Below, piece by piece: positions 58,617 through 64,000 of a stretch of DNA of 64,000 nucleotides. Under the pieces are notes generated by a model, which did no database searches, was not told the DNA's origin, and was given only the letters and a program-made list of their open reading frames with translations. Origin of the DNA: Geopsychrobacteraceae bacterium (lineage in GTDB: Bacteria; Desulfobacterota; Desulfuromonadia; Desulfuromonadales; Geopsychrobacteraceae). The position numbers and the translations under genes are program-made. Numbering within the stretch: position 1 is the stretch's first letter; each line of letters starts with the position of its first letter. The stretch is from positions 3,008,001-3,072,000 of the forward strand of contig OY759353.1 in NCBI GenBank assembly GCA_963662315.1. Direction: 5' to 3'.

Positions 58617-59411
58617 TTGTTTTTTGTTTTAACAGGTGTTCTTCTTTTCCAATATTTTACTGAGTATCAACTTCACCGGCCCGGTCAACTTGTTGACCGG
58701 GCTATAAATCTGGAAAATGCCGGAGAAATAAATCAAGCTCTGGCTGTTTATGCTGAAGTAAGTAATACCTATTCAGATACGCCACAGGCTGAAACAGCCC
58801 TGTACAATTCAGCTCTTATCTGGCAAAAAAGACTTCAGGACAACAAGCAGGCATTGCTGTTATACCTGCGTCTGGAATATCTATATCCCGATTCAAAATA
58901 TCTATTTCTGTCAAGAAAAGAAGCCGCCTGGATTGTTAAGTATTCTATGGCTGATTATTATCAGGCAATCGGTTATTATCAACGTTTATATGCAACGGTT
59001 GACGAAACTCATCCAGCAAATGAGTATTTTCTCTACGAGGTGGCCGATTGCTATTTCAGACTTGAAAATTATTCTCAGGCAAGGCTAGAGCTGGAAAATC
59101 TTCTGCTAAATCACCCAGACTCTCAGCTTAGAGCCCTGACTCTTTATCGTGTGGGTGAGTTATCTTTTCTTGAAGGACGGATAAAAAGTGCGAAAGAGTA
59201 CTGGCAGCAGGTGATCAATGAATTTCCTGAAAGCTCTTATAGCGAGGATGCCAAATTCAATATGGCGAGACTCGAAGAAGAAAACCAGAATCTGAAAGAG
59301 GCATTGCAGGCCTATGAAAGTCTGAAAAACTTTTCACAGCGTGATATTGTAGAGAATAAAATCCAGCATCTTAAAAAACGCATAACAGAAAAAAATAAGG
59401 TGATTGAATGA
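58617..59411 (+). CDS. Membrane-anchored TPR-repeat protein; true start possibly 58576
   Basis: N-terminal hydrophobic segment and repeated TPR-like units ending in YPDS, HPDS and FPES. Confidence 0.8.
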   Translation: MFFVLTGVLLFQYFTEYQLHRPGQLVDRAINLENAGEINQALAVYAEVSNTYSDTPQAETALYNSALIWQKRLQDNKQALLLYLRLEYLYPDSKYLFLSRKEAAWIVKYSMADYYQAIGYYQRLYATVDETHPANEYFLYEVADCYFRLENYSQARLELENLLLNHPDSQLRALTLYRVGELSFLEGRIKSAKEYWQQVINEFPESSYSEDAKFNMARLEEENQNLKEALQAYESLKNFSQRDIVENKIQHLKKRITEKNKVIE

Positions 59412-60415
59412 AACAGGACTATGCTGTTATTGGTGCAGGTAGCTGGGGAACAACACTGGCTAATCTTCTTGCAAAAAAAGGATATTCAGTAACCCTCTGG
59501 TGTTATGAACCGGATCTGGTTGAACGTATGGAGTCAACCAGAATCAATGATATTTATTTGCCCGATATCACTCTGGCAGAAAATCTAAAATTTACCAATA
59601 GCATTGGTGATGCGGTTTCACACAAGAAATTTGTCCTGTTTGTCACTCCATCTCAAGTAACCAGGGCGGTTTTGTCGCAGGCAGTTCCCTTCTTTGATAC
59701 GGATATGATCGTTGCCTCAGCATCAAAAGGTATTGAAAATAATACGTTGATGCTACTTTCCGAAGTTTTTAACGAACTTCTGCCACCAGTCCTGCAAGGT
59801 AATCTCGCGTTTATTTCTGGACCTTCCTTCGCCCGCGAAGTCAGTCAGGAAATGCCGACAGCCGTAGTTGCCGCTGCTCATAATGTTGCCGTCGCCAAAC
59901 AAGTTCAGCACATATTCAGTACCGATACTTTCAGGGTTTACACCCATACGGATATTATTGGAGTAGAATTGGGTGGGGCTATGAAGAATGTTATAGCGCT
60001 AGCAGCTGGAGTTGCTGATGGCCTTGGTTTTGGCTACAACAGCCGGGCTGCTTTAATTACCCGTGGTTTGGCTGAAATGACTCGTTTGGGTATCAAGCTT
60101 GGAGGAAAACCTGAAACTTTTGCCGGTTTGGCTGGAATGGGAGACCTGGTTTTGACCTGCACTGGAGATTTATCCCGCAACCGTACTGTAGGTATTGAAC
60201 TGGGCAAAGGACGTAAGCTGGATGAAATTCTTGCTGGCATGCAGATGATTGCTGAAGGAGTGAAAACAACTCTTTCTGCATATCAGTTGGCTCGTCGGGA
60301 ACAGGTTGAATTACCAATTATTGAGCAAATGTATGCCATTTTATATGAGAACAAGGATCCGCGACGAGCTGTCAGTGATCTTATGATGAGGGATCTGAAG
60401 GCAGAATCGGCATAA
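59408..60415 (+). CDS. gpsA: NAD(P)H-dependent glycerol-3-phosphate dehydrogenase
   Basis: GAGSWGT, SKGIE, SGPSFA, GGAMKNVIA and GDLVLTCTGDLSRNR. Confidence 0.96.
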   Translation: MKQDYAVIGAGSWGTTLANLLAKKGYSVTLWCYEPDLVERMESTRINDIYLPDITLAENLKFTNSIGDAVSHKKFVLFVTPSQVTRAVLSQAVPFFDTDMIVASASKGIENNTLMLLSEVFNELLPPVLQGNLAFISGPSFAREVSQEMPTAVVAAAHNVAVAKQVQHIFSTDTFRVYTHTDIIGVELGGAMKNVIALAAGVADGLGFGYNSRAALITRGLAEMTRLGIKLGGKPETFAGLAGMGDLVLTCTGDLSRNRTVGIELGKGRKLDEILAGMQMIAEGVKTTLSAYQLARREQVELPIIEQMYAILYENKDPRRAVSDLMMRDLKAESA

Positions 60416-60484
60416 AACAATAGCCCTGCTTGAAACAAGGAAACTTAAAAATAGAAATTACTATGTAAGTACCTGGAGATTTAT

Positions 60485-61048
60485 ATGCGTCTTTTTTTGC
60501 TATCATTGGCCTTTTTATTATTCAGTGTGTCTTTGTCGTGTGCTGCCCCCAGGGTTGAAATGAAAACCTCCGCAGGGACTATGATTATTGAACTGAATCA
60601 GGAAGCAGCACCGGAAACTGTAAAAAATTTTCTCACTTATGTAACCGAGGGGTTTTATGACGGTACTATTTTTCACCGTGTTATAAAGGGATTTATGATT
60701 CAGGGTGGTGGCTATGATGGATCCGAACAAAGAAAAAGCACCCATGGGCCCATCAGTAATGAAGCAACAAATGGTCTGAAAAATATCAAAGGGACCATTG
60801 CCATGGCTCGAACTGGTGAAGTTAACAGTGCCACAAGTCAATTTTTTATCAATCTTGTTGATAACAGTTTCCTTGATCATCGCGATATGACTCCCCGTGG
60901 TTTCGGCTATGCGGTTTTTGGTCAAGTGATTGAAGGAATGGATGTCGTAGATAAAATTGGTCGAGCCAAAACTTTTGCAAAAAGTAACATGTTTAGAGAT
61001 TTTCCTCAGACACAGATTGTCATTGATTCCGTTAAATTGTTAGACTGA
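60485..61048 (+). CDS. Periplasmic cyclophilin-type peptidyl-prolyl isomerase
   Basis: Signal peptide, FYDGTIFHRVIKGFMIQGGG, GTIAMART and SATSQFFIN. Confidence 0.93.
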   Translation: MRLFLLSLAFLLFSVSLSCAAPRVEMKTSAGTMIIELNQEAAPETVKNFLTYVTEGFYDGTIFHRVIKGFMIQGGGYDGSEQRKSTHGPISNEATNGLKNIKGTIAMARTGEVNSATSQFFINLVDNSFLDHRDMTPRGFGYAVFGQVIEGMDVVDKIGRAKTFAKSNMFRDFPQTQIVIDSVKLLD

Positions 61049-61129
61049 CGGATCTAGCTGTTTATCAGCTCAAATATTCTCTAACGACGAGAATGTAACC
61101 ATTTGGTTGTTATCCACAAAGGGAGCAGG

Positions 61130-61873
61130 ATGACGACGTTCCGGATCATGAGTTACCACATAAACGGAATGCAGGCGAATTCTGGTCGTATTACGCCAGA
61201 TTTGTATGCTCAGGTGATAACCTCCCAGCAGGCAGATATCGTTTTTTTGCAGGGATTAGCTGCGCCGGTTGGCGTCACTTCTGTCAAGCACCTGGCAAAT
61301 CTGGTAAACATGGAAAATTACGGTCCCGTTGAAGAAGGATCCTGCTCTTTTCTTTCCCGTTTCCCCCTTACCAATATTCAGAGTGCCCCACTTGGCTACG
61401 GAGCGCGCTGTCTAAGAGCTGATATTGACCATGAAGGAGGGCGTATCCACCTGTTTAATATTTTGCTGGGCTGGGATGTCTGGCAACGTTATGAACAGGT
61501 AAAAGTTTTCTTAAGTGATCAGGTGCTGAACAATCGATCGCTGCCATGCGGAACTGTCATTGCGGGTGATTTTGGCCTCCCTTTCTGGGAATATGGTGAA
61601 TTTGACCGGGCTCAACTATTAAAACGTGCGGGAAAGCCATTTTTTCATGCCAATTATCCGGCCCAGTTTCCACTCTGGGGGCGTGATCGCATTTATTTAA
61701 GGGGACCCTTAAAGCTACTTAGCTCAAAAGTGATCAAAACTAGCGAAAGCAAAGCTGCATCAGCTCACCTTCCTCTTGTAGCAGATGTTAAGGCTCAGGA
61801 CACACGCACTTTTCTGAAAGTGAAAAGCAGCTCTCCCATCGCGGCAAAGCAACCAAATCCCATCTGTGGATAA
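61130..61873 (+). CDS. Endonuclease/exonuclease/phosphatase (EEP) family protein with degenerate catalytic motifs
   Basis: FRIMSYHI, ADIVFLQG, IAGDFG, RDRIY and ASAHLPL, versus canonical SYN, LQE, GDFN, DHI and SDH. Confidence 0.75.
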   Translation: MTTFRIMSYHINGMQANSGRITPDLYAQVITSQQADIVFLQGLAAPVGVTSVKHLANLVNMENYGPVEEGSCSFLSRFPLTNIQSAPLGYGARCLRADIDHEGGRIHLFNILLGWDVWQRYEQVKVFLSDQVLNNRSLPCGTVIAGDFGLPFWEYGEFDRAQLLKRAGKPFFHANYPAQFPLWGRDRIYLRGPLKLLSSKVIKTSESKAASAHLPLVADVKAQDTRTFLKVKSSSPIAAKQPNPICG

Positions 61874-61901
61874 AGCTGTTGATGTGTGGATAAGTGGATT
61901 T
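61865..61901. promoter_or_regulatory. DnaA-box cluster upstream of nth
   Basis: TGTGGATAA at 61865-61873 and 61885-61893, plus degenerate TGTTGATGT and AGTGGATTT. Another perfect box lies at 61110-61118. Confidence 0.65.
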
Positions 61902-61906
61902 ATTCG

Positions 61907-62551
61907 ATGACCCAAAAAACAGAAAATGCGCTGAATATGCTGCGTTCCTTAGAGCGTTTATATCCTCATGCTGAATGTGCCCTGAATTATGAGACACCGT
62001 GGCAGCTGCTTGTTGCGACTATTCTTTCAGCGCAATGCACAGATGTGAGGGTCAATATCGTGACGGAAAGATTGTTCAGGGAGATCCCGGACCCTCAAAG
62101 TATGGCAACAGCAAGTCAACAGGCCGTTGAAGATATAATCCGTACGACGGGATTCTTTCGCAATAAAGCAAAAAATCTGATTACATGCGCTGGGCAGATA
62201 GTCAGAGAGCACAAAGGGAAGGTTCCGGAGACCCTTGAGGAACTTGTGGCGTTGGCAGGAGTGGGACGTAAGACAGCAAACGTTGTACTTGGAAATGCAT
62301 TTCATGTTCCGGGGATGGTAGTGGATACTCATGTTAAAAGACTGGCACGCCGCTTTGGCTGGACCAAAGCTGATGATCCGGAAAAAATTGAACAGGATTT
62401 AAGCAAGTTATTACCCAAAGCAGAGTGGACACAATGCAGTCATACCCTAATAGCGCATGGAAGAGTTTGTTGCAAGGCGCCTGTGCCAAGCTGCAGTCAG
62501 TGTCAAGTAAGTGCGCTATGTCGAAAAGTGGGGGTAAATAAAGCTCGATAA
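61907..62551 (+). CDS. nth: Endonuclease III
   Basis: LLVATILSAQCTD, HhH GVGRKTANVV, VDTHVKR and the [4Fe-4S] motif C-x6-C-x2-C-x5-C. Confidence 0.95.
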   Translation: MTQKTENALNMLRSLERLYPHAECALNYETPWQLLVATILSAQCTDVRVNIVTERLFREIPDPQSMATASQQAVEDIIRTTGFFRNKAKNLITCAGQIVREHKGKVPETLEELVALAGVGRKTANVVLGNAFHVPGMVVDTHVKRLARRFGWTKADDPEKIEQDLSKLLPKAEWTQCSHTLIAHGRVCCKAPVPSCSQCQVSALCRKVGVNKAR

Positions 62552-62641
62552 TAAAAGTATTTAAAAAAGGTTGATTTATTTCTCCTTTGTTGAATATTAT
62601 GGATATCTAATATTGTGATTTGTAAGTTTCAGGGGTATTCA

Positions 62642-64000
62642 GTGTTCGAAAAAAATCAGCTCATCGGTAGTTATTCCATTAAACGCGTTCTTCCTCCGGA
62701 AGGTGCAATTCAGAAGTATTTATCTGAAGACCCTTTTTTTAATACCTCAGTAACCTTGAATATCCTTGATGTCAGACCCCTTTCCCAGGAACAGAAACAC
62801 CTCCTTTTCAGCTTTTTACAAAAGATATTTACCCTTGAGCACGATGCTTTACTGGCAGTTTATGATTCAGGATTTGAATCAGATTATGTTTTTTTTACCA
62901 ATCCTCGCGAGCATAAATGTTCTTTGCTGCAGAGAATGGAACAGGGACTTTCCACTGAAGAATCATTAAATATTTTAAGAAATATTGTTTCTGCTCTTGA
63001 TCGTGCTGCAGAAAACAATCTTACCCATGGATCTCTAACTGCTCAGCAGATTTATTTTTCTCAGAGCGATGTACCTTTTATCGAAAACTTTGGCGTTCAA
63101 CATTATTATTTTTCAGTAATAAATAATGAAAATACAGAGTATCCATTAAAAAATGTTTTTTCTGATATTGATAATTTATTCTTAAAATTAAGAATTTCAG
63201 TGACGGATAAAAATGTAATAAAACCGTACATAAATAATGAATTGGATAATTTATCTAAAAAACTAAAAGATACTTATAAATATAAAATAAACAGTATTCA
63301 TCAGATTATTAAAGAAATTGATAATATTATATCGAATTTTAACATCGATGATAATCACGTAGAAAATTTATCAGAAGATAGATTCGATATTAATAAGCGT
63401 GAGGATGTTCTTCCATTTATAAGAGGTGTCATAGAGGAAAAGAATAAATTAAAGTTTGAAATTATTGAATTGAGAAAAATAAACAAAAGTTATGAACAAA
63501 AACTCTTAGAGTGTGAAAATAAAAGTAAATATATAGAAAATAATAAAAATTTAACAATAAGCTATGATAGTGAAAATAATCGAAAATATTACATCACGAT
63601 TTTGGTTAGTTTTATATTCGGTATATTTATTACCACTATATTCATGAAATCATTCAATTTCCATGAGATTGAAAAATTAGATAACGCTAGATCAGATGCT
63701 AAAATTGTAAAAATACAGGACCCTATTTTTGAAAATTCTGCATTAGCAGCTGAAAAGGATATCAATAAAAATACTAATGAAAAAGTTGAAAACATTCCTG
63801 CTGGTGTTTCTGCTTCTAAGGTAAATGCGGAAAGTTTTCAGGCACCCGAACCGCTATCCCAAGTACCCGCACCGGGTCTGGAAAAAGAAGACAAACAGGA
63901 AAAAAGGCTGTTTGTCGAAACTCGCAACTGGTGGCCAAAAGGGGAGGAATTTCGCGATCCTGTACCACTTAAAGAGCAAAAAATAACAAGTCATAATGGT
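62642..64000 (+). CDS. Partial ORF absent from the track: Ser/Thr-kinase-like (pseudokinase) N-terminus, coiled coil, TM helix and extracytoplasmic tail
   Basis: GTG 62642 follows AGGGG, and manual translation shows no stop through 64000. Key segments: YSIKRVLPPEGAIQKYLSEDPFFNTSVTLNIL, LEHDALLAVYDSG, LTHGSLTAQQIYF, IENFGV and TM YYITILVSFIFGIFITTIFM. Confidence 0.75.
   Translation, partial: MFEKNQLIGSYSIKRVLPPEGAIQKYLSEDPFFNTSVTLNILDVRPLSQEQKHLLFSFLQKIFTLEHDALLAVYDSGFESDYVFFTNPREHKCSLLQRMEQGLSTEESLNILRNIVSALDRAAENNLTHGSLTAQQIYFSQSDVPFIENFGVQHYYFSVINNENTEYPLKNVFSDIDNLFLKLRISVTDKNVIKPYINNELDNLSKKLKDTYKYKINSIHQIIKEIDNIISNFNIDDNHVENLSEDRFDINKREDVLPFIRGVIEEKNKLKFEIIELRKINKSYEQKLLECENKSKYIENNKNLTISYDSENNRKYYITILVSFIFGIFITTIFMKSFNFHEIEKLDNARSDAKIVKIQDPIFENSALAAEKDINKNTNEKVENIPAGVSASKVNAESFQAPEPLSQVPAPGLEKEDKQEKRLFVETRNWWPKGEEFRDPVPLKEQKITSHNG

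Noticed and set aside
62766..63795. Short track ORFs 62766-62969 (+) and 63589-63795 (-)
   Set aside because: Both lie inside the long open frame starting at 62642, which explains the region better.

Overview
Chromosomal origin region of a Desulfuromonadales/Geobacter-like bacterium; the taxon is inferred from gene content and order only. From left to right the window holds: metabolic and transport genes (GATase, succinic-semialdehyde/glyoxylate-reductase-like dehydrogenase, two incomplete ABC systems, msrA); a long minus-strand run thiL-cheR, mcp-cheW-cheY-cheA-cheC/X (Dif-like), lolA, yajQ-rimO-apbE-NusG-II-Gx transporter-nucleotidyltransferase-DUF445; pckA; a GntR regulator; a sigma54-controlled CbcBA-like module (heptaheme cytochrome c plus cytochrome b) with a hybrid kinase, an activator and a degenerate second activator; the F1/b/b' half of the ATP synthase operon; the rpmH-rnpA-yidD-yidC-mnmE-mnmG-rsmG-parA-parB-bactofilin block with a parS site; dnaA-oriC-dnaN-recF-gyrB-gyrA; then TPR, gpsA, cyclophilin, EEP, nth and an ORF missing from the track that encodes a membrane-anchored pseudokinase-like protein and runs off the right edge. 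I saw no rRNA, tRNA, CRISPR array or transposase. Most genes are well-known housekeeping genes, so the novelty lies mainly in regulatory DNA: an identical 15-bp palindrome at gntR and atp, paired sigma54 promoters with a shared enhancer-like motif, a DnaA-box cluster about 10 kb from oriC, an extremely AT-rich origin domain, and two genes with probable non-standard starts.
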